A DNA stretch of 63,982 bases, counting the filler, from Sphacelaria rigidula (Eukaryota): NCBI GenBank assembly GCA_964200075.2. It is 9 parts of 9 records of this genome, joined end to end, with 100 filler letters (N's around TTAATTAATTAA, not from the genome) between each part and the next. Parts side by side here need not be neighbours in the genome. Positions count along the whole stretch, not along the records: positions 21,365 to 28,384 come from CAXNAA020016923.1; positions 28,485 to 35,504 come from CAXNAA020016924.1; positions 35,605 to 42,624 come from CAXNAA020016925.1; 6 more parts are not named here. One strand, written 5' to 3'. Position 1 is the stretch's first letter; each line of letters opens with the position of its first letter. Positions 25,692 through 37,605 of this stretch are shown piece by piece. Under the pieces are notes generated by a model. The model worked only from the letters and a program-made list of their open reading frames with translations, had not been told where the DNA came from and did not search any database. Position numbers and translations under genes: made by a program.

Positions 25692-27388
25692 CGCAGCATC
25701 GTTGTCATGAAAAACTCACCGGGTCCCCCGCCCTCCCGGCGGCGGCGGAAACATCTCCAGGGAATCAGCGTTTTCTTGCCCGCACCTCCATGCCCCGCGT
25801 TCCTGTCGCTTCCACCGCCACCGCCGCCATCGTTCATCCTCATTGTGTCGCCCTTCGTCGAGTTCGTCGACCACAGCCACAAACGGGCGCGGAACGCTAG
25901 TCCCCGGGCGAGCAAGTATCGCATCCTCATATCTTGAGAAGGATTGTTTTCTGCCCACTTCCGATCGATAAGGCAAGCGGGGCGGCAGCCCTCGCTGTCC
26001 CTGGCCATCTCGAGCCCGCCTCCCTGCAGCAAGACCTGAGCCGAGCCCACGTGGCCGGCGCCAACGGCATCGTGCAGTGCGGTCTGGCTGTCCTTGATCA
26101 CGTAAGGTTTCTTCGCCAAGTTCAAAATCCACGCAGGACTCGTTCCCATGGGACGGTAGCTCACGTCAGCTCCTGCGGCCACAAGCTCGTGCACGAGCTC
26201 CGTGCAGCTTTCCACGCCACGAGTTTCAGCGCCGAGAGTCCGTTCAAGTTTTGCAGAATGGACGGGCATGCCCCCGCCTTCAGCACAAGTTGTACCATTT
26301 GGAGGCTTTCAAGGTGGCAGGCGAAATTCAAGGGCTTGAAGCACGTCGGTCCCCCATTGACTTTCGCTCCGGCTCTCAAGAGAATGTGTACCATTTCGGC
26401 GTCTTTACGTCGGACCGCAAGGCAAAGAACCGTCAAGTCGCCAAACATGGCGCCTACAACGGTACTCCCCAAGGCCTCGCAAAAAAACCGCACGATTTCC
26501 GTGTGCCCCTGGTCAACAGCGGCCACCAAGGCCGTGTGACCTTCAACCGTTTCACAATGAGGGTCTGCTCTGGCATTGCACAGCAGCCGCACGGTTTCCA
26601 AGTGCCCCATTCCCGCTGCATACATCAAGGCCGTGCTGCAGTTAAATGTGCGCCTCGACAAGTCTGCCCTTGCATCGCACAGGATCCGTACTATTTCGGT
26701 TGACTCCTTCGCACATGCCATTGTCAAGGCTGTCATCCCATCTTCGGTTGCCTCGATACGCGCGTCCGCCCCGGCTTCGCACAGAAAGCGCACCACGGGA
26801 AGTTGCCCTTCGTTGGCGGCGAGCAGCAGTGCCGTCCAACCGCGGTCTGCACGACGAGACAAGTCCGCCCCGGCACGGTGCAGATACCGCACAATCTCCA
26901 AGTGCCCGTTCTTTGCCGCCATCATCAGGGATGTGTGACCAGAGGCATTGCGAGAAGACACGCTTACCCCCTCGTCGCACAGGAACCGCACTATCTCCAG
27001 GTGTCCGTTCTGACCAGCGATGATCAAGGCCAACCCGCCATCATGTACGCTACGCACTTGGTTCTTCCGAGTCTCATACAGGTGCTTTACGACCTCCAAT
27101 TGCCCGTTTTGAGAGGCGAGAATCAAAGGCGTCGAATTCCCATCAGAGCCGTCGAATTCCCATCAGAGCGATCATGCAATCTTGCGCCGGAGTCACACAG
27201 AAGCTTTGTAACTTCCAGGTGGCCACCTGCAGCCGCCAACATCAATACCGTCCAGCCTTGAACGGAGCGCTGACTGAGGCTCGCACCTGCGTCCAGCAAC
27301 AGCCGAACGACAGCGACATGACCTTCCGATGCCGCGATTTGGATTGGCGTGCTCTTCAGCTGTCCGCATTTACGGTTGAGATCGGCAC
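25692..27388 (-). pseudogene. Ankyrin-repeat protein (long single exon) with two frameshifts
   Basis: About a dozen ankyrin repeats (GWTVLMLAAAGGHLEV, GHTSLMMAAKNGHLEIV, TALHDAVGAGHV). Broken by a 20-bp tandem duplication at 27130-27169 and a ~1-nt loss near 26209. C-terminal LLARGLAFRARLWLW tail. Acceptor cag at 27389, donor gtatgt at 25691. Confidence 0.85.
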
Positions 27389-27702
27389 CTGTTCGATTCG
27401 TTGAGTCGCGAAATTATCGAAGCGTCCCTTCCTCTTGATATTTCTGGTAAGTCGGGGAGGCGTTTTGCATGCTTCCGGCAGGTTCGTCTCAAGCGAGGCA
27501 GATTTCAAATCTTGTGCAAAAAAAAGAGGGTTTGTGATACTCATTTCAAGACCGAAACGTATATCCCCTGTCAAGCTGTTTTACGCCATCTATCCATGGC
27601 TCCGTCGGGAACACTGCCGCCGCGAGCGAATGGGGGGTGGATTCCGCCCAGGCCATCGCGGGAAGGCGAACAATACAGACCGTTTCAGCGGGGGGAAGGG
27701 GG

Positions 27703-28102
27703 AGATTTACTCATGATTCTGCATGTTGTGGTCGGAGACCTTCGACCTCGCATTCCTACAAATCCCGGACGGAGCACGCCGGATTTTCGCCGGACCAGGC
27801 TCGTAGTCATCAGGCGCGAAGCGCCGTGATGTAATGTGCGAGTCGCATGAAGGGGTGAGCTGCATCCTACCAAGATTATTCAGCCCGAAGCGTACTAATT
27901 ATCTTGCACACGGATGGCAGCCTACAATGAGTTGATTGATTTTCTGGTGTCGCGACTTCCAGAGACGGTCATAGGTCACACTGCCTCATGGCTGTCTCAC
28001 ATGTCAACATTTCGTATTATTACGGTTACCCCCTTTGCGCGGAGTCGAGGTTCTCCACCCCGCACGATATGATTTCACTGGACCACCATTATGGTTACCG
28101 CG
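27703..28102 (-). mobile_element. Non-LTR retrotransposon 3' part, family A (~400 bp)
   Basis: Colinear with 31830-32240 (+) and 37208-37605 (-). The 3' end abuts ggggaaggggg, a C-tract on the element strand. Confidence 0.85.
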
Positions 28103-28925
28103 AAAAAAAAGAGCGAGCGACAAAATAAACGGTAGTGGCGTAAGCCAACCGACGCTAATCCTCAGGGGGGAGAGTGTGGCGACGATACGCCGTAGACTGG
28201 AGACCCATGCCCAACGCACGCGAAGCTGACTATAGTTCCGACTTGTATTCTTCGTGCGAGCAAATAACTATACGCAGCCATTTTTGTCGACAGCTGGAAT
28301 ATGACTCACCCACCGGTGCGCGACCTGGATGATCGCACACGTCAATTTCGGCGCATTACGGGAGGCTCATCGAGGATTTCTGCTNNNNNNNNNNNNNNNN
28401 NNNNNNNNNNNNNNNNNNNNNNNNNNNNTTAATTAATTAANNNNNNNNNNNNNNNNNNNNNNNNNNNNNNNNNNNNNNNNNNNNTCTTTCCGATTCATTT
28501 GTACAGTTTGGGGGGGGGGGGAATATTCTCCGGAGAAGAATTGCTACTATGGTATGGCTTTGTGAAAAATGCTCTCCGTGAGAGGAGAGGAACGGCAGTG
28601 GCACTTGATTATTATTTTTCAAAATGAGCTTTTTTGACTGATGAGACGGAAAAAATGCAAAAGTAGCCCGACCCAATTTTGTCATATATCCATAAATGTT
28701 TACATGTATGTGTACGTTTTTCGCATGTATATTTATATAAACACACATATGACAATACCAACCGGTTCCGGTCTGAAGCAACGGAATCAGAAATTACCAG
28801 AAAACCTTCAACTAGCGTCTATCCGGTTTTACTGAGAGGTGGGCTCACCTTGTTCGAGATGATGGTAACGCTCGCTTGCCTTTTCCATGAACACATACGC
28901 ACACACATATATATATATATATATA

Positions 28926-28995
28926 TACCAGAGTTCGGCGAATCACATCGCCACGCTCAAAGGTTCGACAGCCGAGATACGTACGAGCCGGTTAT
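28926..28995 (-). mobile_element. Helitron-like 3' terminus at (TA)n
   Basis: Minus strand: hairpin ggcga...tcgcc, then aactCTGG|tatata. Related ends at ~33421 and ~35443. Confidence 0.55.
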
Positions 28996-30941
28996 ACTAT
29001 GATGTGTTGGGTGATATCATATGTCATAGCTTGAAGAAAATGCCTCAGCTGGTCATCAGCCGAGCGCGTTGGTCGTGATCTTGCACAAATCTCTCCGAAA
29101 TTTCACGATGAACTGTGTTTCGTGTGAGACGCGCGCGCACAGGACACGCACACGAAGAGTCAGCACCCGTCAAAACGATGCCGATATAGATTCGACACAG
29201 GAGTATCAACCCGCCACTCATGATGAAATAAACAAAACCCACGAGCACCAAAAAGTAGCAGCGGCCGCAGTGAAGAAGAAAGTACAGTCGAGACGATGCC
29301 ACATGCGTGCAAGATCAAAACATGCTCCAGGTGCCCGAAACTGTGTGGAGTGTTGCCACCGGCGTCAGGCCTCGCTCATATCGAGGAGTGTTCGGAGCCG
29401 AAGATATGATTCGGAGACATTTTTGAAAATGGAGAGAAAAGAAATGGACTCTAGGTTACGGTTGTGAATCACAAGTCATGATAAATTGGCGCAAAAAACC
29501 GTCATCATTATCCGTCAAAAATCGTCGACGAGAAGACCCCACAGAAGGAAAAAAAATACCCGATTGCGCACAAGTAATCAGGTTCGATTAAAAATAAAAA
29601 TAAAAAGTCGCCCATGCGACGACCTGATGGAAGGCACCTCTATCCTGTACAACACCAAAAACACTCCAAAAAAATCATCGTAGCAAGGACTGGACTGCAA
29701 CAGCTGTTTATGCGATAGCCAACACCGCACCAAGTGCCCTTCATCACTTCCTCCAGTCGATGGGGATGAGAGGATGCGACAGTCTTTTCTTCATCCTGAC
29801 ACTTGGGCGAAACTACACCGAACTGCGAACAATGGAAAAAGCGGACGAACCTTGCAGGCTCCGAATGATGCTGCAAACTTCACACTTTACGCTGAGCTTT
29901 CGACGGCCTCTCGTTTCGTTCGATAGCGAATTATTGCCTGCCGCTGATGACCCCGGCAACAGCAAGGATTCTAGAGTGCAACAAATCTGAGCAACTTTTC
30001 GAGACAAAAAAAACATGGTAATCCCCCGCAGATACAACCCAAGAGGGCATCATCACAAGACAGGCAGTTACTCGTGACAACTGACCGTGTAGCTGCGACG
30101 AAGACTGCGCATCGTGATGAAGCCATGCGTCGAACAGCCCCTTCGTCTGTTTCCTGCTTGAGCGTTTCAACCATCGGTATTCGCATTTGATCAAACTATT
30201 ACCGACCTTTCGTGCGCCCAGTTCGACCTTTGGCGGGACAAACGGAATGTCAAGCAGCCTCAAGAATAAATGCTGCCGTGTTTCTTCGAGACAAGATAAT
30301 AATTCTAATGACGTGTTTTTCTGAGATTGTCAGCGCGAGATTTTTTGGAAGATACCCCGAAGGTCTCGCGTGCCTTCCGACCATTTTTTTCGGATGGCCA
30401 AAAATCAATGTGGGCGTACGAAGAGATCGGCAAGGGCGCTGGAATCCACACTTTTCCGAGGAGGCACAATCCGGAAAGCCTCGTACTACCAGTACTTAGC
30501 ATGGCGGCCGTACATGCGTATCACTGCAATAGTGCCAGCTCGGTAACAACCGGTCTTGCAAAAGCCAGCGGGACTCCACGTTCATTATCCAGTGATCGCC
30601 GCGACTCAAAAGTCATTTTCCAGCCGGCATGATTGCTCCCCGATCGCCATAAGAACAAATGACACACCAAAACTCCTCGGTTTTGGGCTGCTGACGTTGA
30701 GGAGAACCCGGAGATATCTGAATGATCGTTCAATTCCGTATACTAGTGGAGAAATAGGAGGAATAAGGTTTTCCCTAATTGAGTCGGCATTTTCCTCATT
30801 CTCGACCGCGAGTAGCGGTAGTGCATGGATTTCCCGATTTGGGGCCCCTCGTCGGTAATGGAAGTATATCATACATATTTTATCATTAGTAAAGGCCCAC
30901 CTCTCCACCTTCATCCCTTCCCCCGCCGCCCCTTGAAGCAG

Positions 30942-31193
30942 GCCGCTACGAGAGAGAAGGCGGGACTGAACGAGGAGCTGGACCGCTTGCAACATCAGCT
31001 GAAAGTTGCGACCGCTTCCAACCCACGGCCCATTACCGCTGCTGCGAGTGCTACCGGCAGCATGGACGGTAATAAGGGTGCGGTTGTCGGCAGTCCCCTG
31101 TTTTCGGGTGACCAGGGGATGCCGTCTCCGCTCTCGCCTCCTCCGGGAATGCCGGGATCGCTTGGCTTGGGAGATGGTGCTGCCGGGACACAG
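30942..31193 (+). CDS. Coiled-coil protein internal exon (possibly CCDC57-like)
   Basis: Pyrimidine tract, then cag|AATREKAGLNEELDRLQHQLKV...SPLFSGDQGMPSPLSP...GTQ|gtacgt; 252 nt, phase 0-0. Confidence 0.7.
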
Positions 31194-31231
31194 GTACGTG
31201 CGTGGTCATGGGTTCCTCTATGCCAACAGCG

Positions 31232-31334
31232 TTCTCATGTGTTGCTTGCCTTAGTCGTCTGACCATTGACCACACATCCCTTTCGAGACGGAGCACCGTT
31301 CCTACTCCTAATAGAGACACCTCCAACATTCTCG
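31232..31334 (-). mobile_element. Family B retrotransposon 3' fragment with 16-bp TSD
   Basis: Flanked by ctctatg(c/g)caacagcg at 31216-31231 and 31335-31350, next to a G-rich tract. Confidence 0.88.
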
Positions 31335-31429
31335 CTCTATGGCAACAGCGGGTGGGGCTCGGTGGGGGGTTTGAAAGAGTGAAGACTGAAAAATACAAGG
31401 AATGCTACTGATGTAGTGCGTACAGTTCA

Positions 31430-31508
31430 GGTTGGTTCGGTTTCGGTTTCAGTGTCGGTTCCGGTTCCGGTTCCGGTTCCGGTTCCGGTTCGGTTCGGTT
31501 CGGTTCGA
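31430..31508. repeat. (GGTTCC)n/(GGTTC)n microsatellite
   Basis: Visible directly in the sequence. Confidence 0.9.
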
Positions 31509-31829
31509 TTGGGTTCGTGAGGTGTGATGAGTTGCGGTGGGGTGGGGTGCGGGGAAGAGAATCCCAATGAGATGAGTTGATCATTTCGTTTACGAGCGCG
31601 ACCAAAAAACATGAAGATGTGACGTTTTTTCTTCCAAAGCCTAATGTTGTTCGTTGGTGCCATGTCAAACGAAAGACCAAACGTTAATAAGATGCGTCCC
31701 GTTTGAGTCAGGATCTCCCACCTCCCCATGGGGTTGCCGTCGGTTGGCGATGACGCTGTAGAACATGCCACTCACTGCGCAAGCTAGGCAACCAGGTCAC
31801 CGGTTTTTTTTTTACGCTTGCATTTCTAT

Positions 31830-32245
31830 TGTGGTAACCATGGTGGTGGTCGAGCTAGATCATGTTGTGCGGCGTGGAAGAAACTCAACTCCGCACGAAG
31901 GAGATGATCGCACCACGTAGTGTTGCAATCGTGAGACACCCGTGAGGCAGTGTGTAACTTGTAGCTATCTCTGGAAGTGGCTATACCAGAACATAAAGCT
32001 ACTCGATCGAGGCTGTCATCCATATGCAAGATAATCAGTAGGCTTCGGGCCGAGCAATCTTCGTAGGATGCAGCTCGCCCTTCATGCGACTCGCCGAACA
32101 CATCACAGCGCTTCGCGCTTGGTGATTGACTTCGAGCCTGGTCCGGCGAAAGCCCGGCGTGCACCATCCCGGCTTTGCATGGATGCGAGGCCAATGGTCA
32201 TATGACTGCGGCATGCAAGATCATGAATGCACTCCTTCCCCCCCG
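31830..32245 (+). mobile_element. Non-LTR retrotransposon 3' part, family A
   Basis: gtggtaaccatggtggt...ggatgcgaggccaatggtcatatgactgcggcatgcaagatcatgaatgcactccttcccccc. Confidence 0.85.
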
Positions 32246-32979
32246 CGCGCGCGCTCCTCCCCTTCGAGAAGCACAGTCTCTATTTTTCCTCCATGCTTCC
32301 CCCTGTTGAGGTTCATTTCGGGGGCTGACCCGTGCACAGCGGTTACGCTAGGAATGTGCGACAGTCGAAATTCTCGCGCTTGTTTATTTGGTTCCCTTTT
32401 TTCATCTATTTGGGCCTTGCTTCGGTCATTCTCCAGGGATGGAAATGTTTATTTTACTCGCCGCTGAACCGTATAATAACTCTGAGCCTCTCCCAATATT
32501 AGCCTCCTAATGTCTAGGCGGAGTAGCAGGAGAGCTGGCACTGCTTTTGCCGTATTTATTTGGTGCTGTCTCGTCCATGTCTTGGTTTACATTTTCACCG
32601 TCACCTTCACCTTTCCCTCCTCGGGACGAGTCGGCGGTCTCAACGTATCGGTCCATCTCGTCCCACTTGTTCTTATGTCTAACGTAACGGCAGGGCACGG
32701 CTGAGACAAAAAAAAACCCAAAAACGGCTCATTTCCCAACTCCCTCATCTTGTCTCTGAGTGGAATGATCGTGTTGCAATAGAGAGATACAAGTATCATC
32801 TAGGGGTAAAGGGAACAAATTAAGTCTGTCTTTTTGCTGATTTATTCATCTTTTTATTGATTTCATGCATGAATAGCCAGATTATAGAAGAAAGCAAGAC
32901 AAAACGCGTTCATTTTTCCGAGGGAATTGTACATACAACAGAGCTGCCATATGCGCGCCGGCACGGAGACGTAATAAAC

Positions 32980-33027
32980 TATGTATGTATGTATGTATGT
33001 ATGTATGTATGTATGTATGTATGTATG
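32980..33027. repeat. (ATGT)n microsatellite
   Basis: Visible directly in the sequence. Confidence 0.95.
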
Positions 33028-33109
33028 CATGCATGTTGTATTGCTTTGGCCATTGATCTTATCGAACGCCTTTATCCATGTTATGTTCCCTAATCCTTTT
33101 CCATGACAG

Positions 33110-33277
33110 CAGGAGACAATAGCAGAACTCCAAGCGGCCAACGCTCGTCTACGCGGTGCGGTTGCCGACATGCGTAGAGAAATGGAAGGCCTGCGCGATC
33201 CATCTGTGGGTGACGGAGAATGGCGAACTGCTGGGGGTGCATCTCGAGAAACGGAGGACCAGATTTCAGCCCTCGAG
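33110..33277 (+). CDS. Coiled-coil protein next exon (possibly CCDC57-like)
   Basis: cag|QETIAELQAANARLRGAVADMRREMEGLR...EDQISALE|gtgcga; 168 nt, phase 0-0. The NxxLRxxxAxMRxEME segment recalls CCDC57 (from memory, unverified). Confidence 0.7.
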
Positions 33278-33420
33278 GTGCGATGATGGCCAAAGCCAAA
33301 AACATATGACTGATGGTACGAATTGCCAACAACCTCATGCCAAGAGGACGCACTACTATAGTTGCTCTCACGCACCACACCAACTGCCATCAGACTTTTT
33401 TCATATATTTATATATATAT

Positions 33421-33987
33421 ACAAGGAGTTCGGCGGCTTACGCCGCCACGGTCAATGAGACGGACAGCCAAGGTACATGAGGACCGGTCATCGTTGCTCG
33501 CATTGCGTAACGGCACAGGTAATGGATTTTAGTGGAGTATTTTCCGCTCTGTGCGTATGGTGACACATGTCTCCGCAGCACGATATGAAGAGGAGGCTTC
33601 ATCAAGTTTGATAATCGTACCTACAGGAACAGGTAAATGATAATCTCCACCGTCGAAGAACACACACGGCGACACTCATTCATGTTTTTCGCACACAGCA
33701 ACGAATAGGAAACATCGACCACCGTCGACGAACACACACCCGGGGACACTCGTACCATTAGCCAAAATATTGTTGCGCCGCCCAGTCACCCGAGGTCAAA
33801 AAGACTTGTGACGGACACACGCCGGTGTTCGCAACTATGAGTACAATACTATTGCACCGCAAAAACGCCCGTAACCGCAGTGACCATCGACTTTTCCAAT
33901 CCCACATCACAGTGCGTACGGCATGATGAGCTCTTTGCCCCTATTTTGTTGGGCAGCAAACTAAGCAGGCAATATCCGCAACGTAAT
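33421..33987 (-). mobile_element. Helitron-like non-autonomous element between two (TA)n tracts
   Basis: Minus-strand 3' end ggcggcgtaagccgccgaactcCTTG|tatata; another (TA)n tract at ~33988-34001. Confidence 0.55.
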
Positions 33988-34699
33988 ATATATATATATA
34001 TGTATGAGAAACGGAACATGTGATGCATACAACCGATTAATAGTAGGAAACGTTTTCCCCCGAAACACGCTCAATCACGGATCCCACATCACAGACATTA
34101 CCCATCGTACGGAACAGGGTCCAGAAACAGCAACGAAAAAAGCATACATGCCTGCGAAGATATATCGAAGCCCGAAGCATAATACAAAGTGGCATCGGAA
34201 AGTGCGCGGCTCATGATGAAAAATGTTCTGACAAAAAAAACGGTAGCAAACGGATATGTTCGGGAGAAAGTGCTGGCGGCTCATGAAAAGTGGCATCGGA
34301 AACTTCGCGGCTCATGATGAAAAGTGTCTTGCGTGCAGGAACGACCCGGAAGTCCGCATCTCATGATAAAAAAGCGTTCTGACGAGAAAACAGTAGCAAA
34401 CGGAACCCCCGATGCCACTCCACACAGCGCGGAAAGCAAAGCACAATGAAATGTGGCATCGAGGAGAAGTATGATTGTCAGATAAAAAATGATGTCAATT
34501 TAACAGAAAAGAGAGTGCAGCCCTGACTGAAGACAGAAAACGCGTCATGTTTAGCTGTGCAGTAGATAGTCCTAGGCTTCAGCATGGAAAAAAAAGATGA
34601 ATAAGAGATGATGATTTGCGCGCGAACCGATGATAATTGCGTGCGTTGGTACTTCGAAGAAACGCCATAGCTGCTCATCAGCTGTGCACGTTTTCTTTT

Positions 34700-34997
34700 T
34701 TTTTCTTCACACTTTGAACCCCTACCCTTTCGCGGGATGAGTCCGTGGTCTCAAGGGATCAACCCATTTCTCCCCCGGTACGTGCCTTTCATTTTGATCT
34801 CGCGGATTGGATCAGCACTCCCGCACCGCGTCAACTCACGTCACACAAACCCAGTCGACTACTTTTGTTTACTTACGTTCTCACGCTTTTCACGGCGGGA
34901 ATCATACATTACGAAGAAAAAGCCCAACGCATCGGGAATCGAACCCCCGTTCTATCCACCCTGATGGCGACAGTCGGACCATTACAGCACCGGGGCG
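34700..34997 (-). mobile_element. tRNA-derived SINE, family S1
   Basis: Head cgccccggtgctgtaatggtcc...gggggttcgattcccg carries A- and B-boxes, and the element ends in an A-rich run on its own strand. Confidence 0.7.
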
Positions 34998-35442
34998 CGG
35001 CACGTATCCAAATCGACACGTTGTTGTCCCTTAGAGCTAGACCACGAGGGTAGGTCATCTGACCATGCAGTGATTTTTTTAGTAAGACTGATGCTGATTC
35101 CGAAAGGTGAACGGAGTTCCACGAGTGAATATGGCTGTGTGCGGTCGAGAGGTGGGATCTCAGACGCCCAAAGGATCCATCGAAACACCAGCGAGGAAAT
35201 CCATCAAACGGAACGCATCGTAACGTCAAAACACAACGCAGAACACAGCCCGGATATGCACTCGGAACCCAAGCAGAACCGGAAGGCACCGTAATGTCTA
35301 GCGAAATGAAAGCGAAGAGGCTGATCAGCGGGAACGTGTACTCTAGAATCAAGTGAGGAGAAACGCTGGCTTCCTAGAGGTTCAGAGAAGGAAATGACCC
35401 CGAAAGATATGTACTCTAAAATCAAGTGAAAATATATATATA

Positions 35443-35504
35443 TACAAGGGGTTCGGCGGCTTCCGCCGCCACGCTCAATGAGATCGATAGCCAAGATACG
35501 TGAG
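35443..35504 (-). mobile_element. Helitron-like 3' terminus at (TA)n
   Basis: cggcggaagccgccg hairpin followed by aacccCTTG|tatatat. Confidence 0.6.
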
Positions 35505-35985
35505 NNNNNNNNNNNNNNNNNNNNNNNNNNNNNNNNNNNNNNNNNNNNTTAATTAATTAANNNNNNNNNNNNNNNNNNNNNNNNNNNNNNNNNNNNNNNN
35601 NNNNTTGGGTGTTTGTGGGTTTGTGTGTTGTTTGGGTTCATAGGGTCCCGGAGTTTTATTTTGGGCACCCCTCCTTTTGACAAATATTATTGGTACCGTG
35701 AAAAATGTCCTCGCCAAATTTTGGCGTAGATCCCCTCAGAGCGGGCGATTCGTTCCATTTTTGTCAGAGCGGGCGTCACCAGGGTTTGCGGCTAGCCGAG
35801 CCGATCGTAATAAATTGTTTTACTTCACCGCCTGTGCACGGCTGACTTTGAGGGATCATGGCCTGGAACGTCGGCACAAGGTTTTCATCGTGTAAATCGC
35901 GGAAAGTGGCCGAACACCCAACGAACGAAATATATCTCCAGCACAGTGCAGCAAAATAAAAAAGAAGTGTTCCTACGAAAGGCGC

Positions 35986-36220
35986 GGGGGGGGGGTTGAT
36001 AACTTGCCAGAAAATCAGGGGCTCGCAGGTAGTTCGTTGTGTCAGAGGACTTGCAACGCTCGCGGTGCGCCTTGTTCGGGTGAACACGGTGTCAAGGAGT
36101 ATGAAAAACTGTGTCTTATTGGTACCAAGCGCTGACGAGCAAAAGTTGCTGCTTTGAACGACGATATTATGGCGTGGCATTTTCGTGCAAAAATAAATAA
36201 ATATCCCGCTCCCTACCCCG

Positions 36221-36267
<47 letters not shown>
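35986..36267 (+). mobile_element. Poly(G)/poly(C)-bounded element, copy 2
   Basis: Core ctcgcggtgcgccttgttcgggtgaacacggtgtcaagg; ends in a long C-run. Confidence 0.65.
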
Positions 36268-36268
<1 letters not shown>

Positions 36269-36345
36269 TCCTCCGTCTCGAAAGGGATGCGTGCGTGGTC
36301 AATGGTCAAACGACTAAGGCAAGCAACAAATGAGTACGCCCCCCT
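36268..36345 (+). mobile_element. Family B retrotransposon 3' fragment inserted after a poly(C) run
   Basis: ctccgtctcgaaagggatgcg...aacgactaaggcaagcaacaaatgagtacgcccccc. Confidence 0.85.
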
Positions 36346-37207
36346 TCCACAGCGCGCCCTCTTCACAAAGGACATGAAAAGACATTATTCAAATATCTGA
36401 CTACCCAAATCACAACAGCTGTAATATTTCGAACATCAACTCAGCGATTACTTGCTGCATTCTATAAAGTCCTACTGAACGTTTGTCTGTTGATTCGGGT
36501 ACGTGAGCTGTGCAAACCATTTCTTGACTTTTCCCACGAAATATGATTTTCGACTGCGGGTACAGAAGTATGTGGCTTGCAGTAGTTTAAACCAAAGGGA
36601 TAACACTGTCGGTTTCAAACGCCCTGCACGTACGGGTACTGCCGCGCAAAGGCGTCATCGCGACAGCTCCGCCGATCGAATGTCCATGGAGAAACTGACG
36701 AGCATTTTTGTCTGCAACTAACAGTTATAGGTTTCCGTTGAGATATATCAATGAACATGAGATGAAAAAGTTGTCGTTTGACAAGCATCGTGAGCGTCAC
36801 CCTACCCGACTCCACAAAATACAGCTATACAGTACAGGCCGTATTCAAGCTGCTGTTTAACGCGGCAACATCTGGGGAAATCCACCACAGATTGTGCATG
36901 TGTGTGATTGAGAGAGAAAGAGATAGAAGAGAGGGCCAAGAGAAGGAGGTTGTGTGTAAAGCTGTGTGTGAGCGTGTGCTGAAAAGCGGTGCAGTTCATG
37001 CGGGACTGTCAATTACGAACAGAGGGGACGGGCAGCTGTCACGTGTGTGGTTCCAGATGTGCTCGTGTGCACGATCAACGATCGCCTGGCTGGGTTGTGC
37101 CAAAAGAACCATTATAAACTATCTTCACCTGTTCCCATACCATGAATTTTCCGAGAACAATCTTCACCATCCCAAGTGGTAAACTCTGCTGGGTGGGGAG
37201 GGGGGGG

Positions 37208-37605
37208 TTGCACTCATGACCATGCATGACACATATAGTCATATGACCATTGTCTTCGCAACTGTGCACGCCGGGTTTTCATCGGACCAGGCTCGCAATC
37301 AATCACCAAGTGCGAAGCGCCGTAGCGTGTTCGGCGAGTCGGATGAAGGGGGGGCTGTATCCTGCTAATAATATTGTTCAAGCCGAAGCGTACCGATCAT
37401 CGCGTGCATTTGGATGACAGCCTCCAGTGACTTCCTTCATTTTCTGGTATTATTATTGCCACTTCCAGAGACAGCCACGGGTTCTACACTGCCTCATGGG
37501 TGTCTCACCATTTAAACACTACGTTGTACGATCATCCCCCTTGCGGGGAGTTGGAGTTCTCCTACCCCTCATAATATGATCTAGCTTGGCCATCACGGCT
37601 ACAGC
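37208..37605 (-). mobile_element. Non-LTR retrotransposon 3' part, family A
   Basis: Colinear with the other family A copies; the 3' end abuts a G-run on the plus strand. Confidence 0.8.

Noticed and set aside
34920-34997. tRNA gene (also 23812-23895, 59895-59950, 62050-62131)
   Set aside because: A/B boxes are present but I could not build a convincing cloverleaf, and each is fused to a repeated body, so these are SINE heads.
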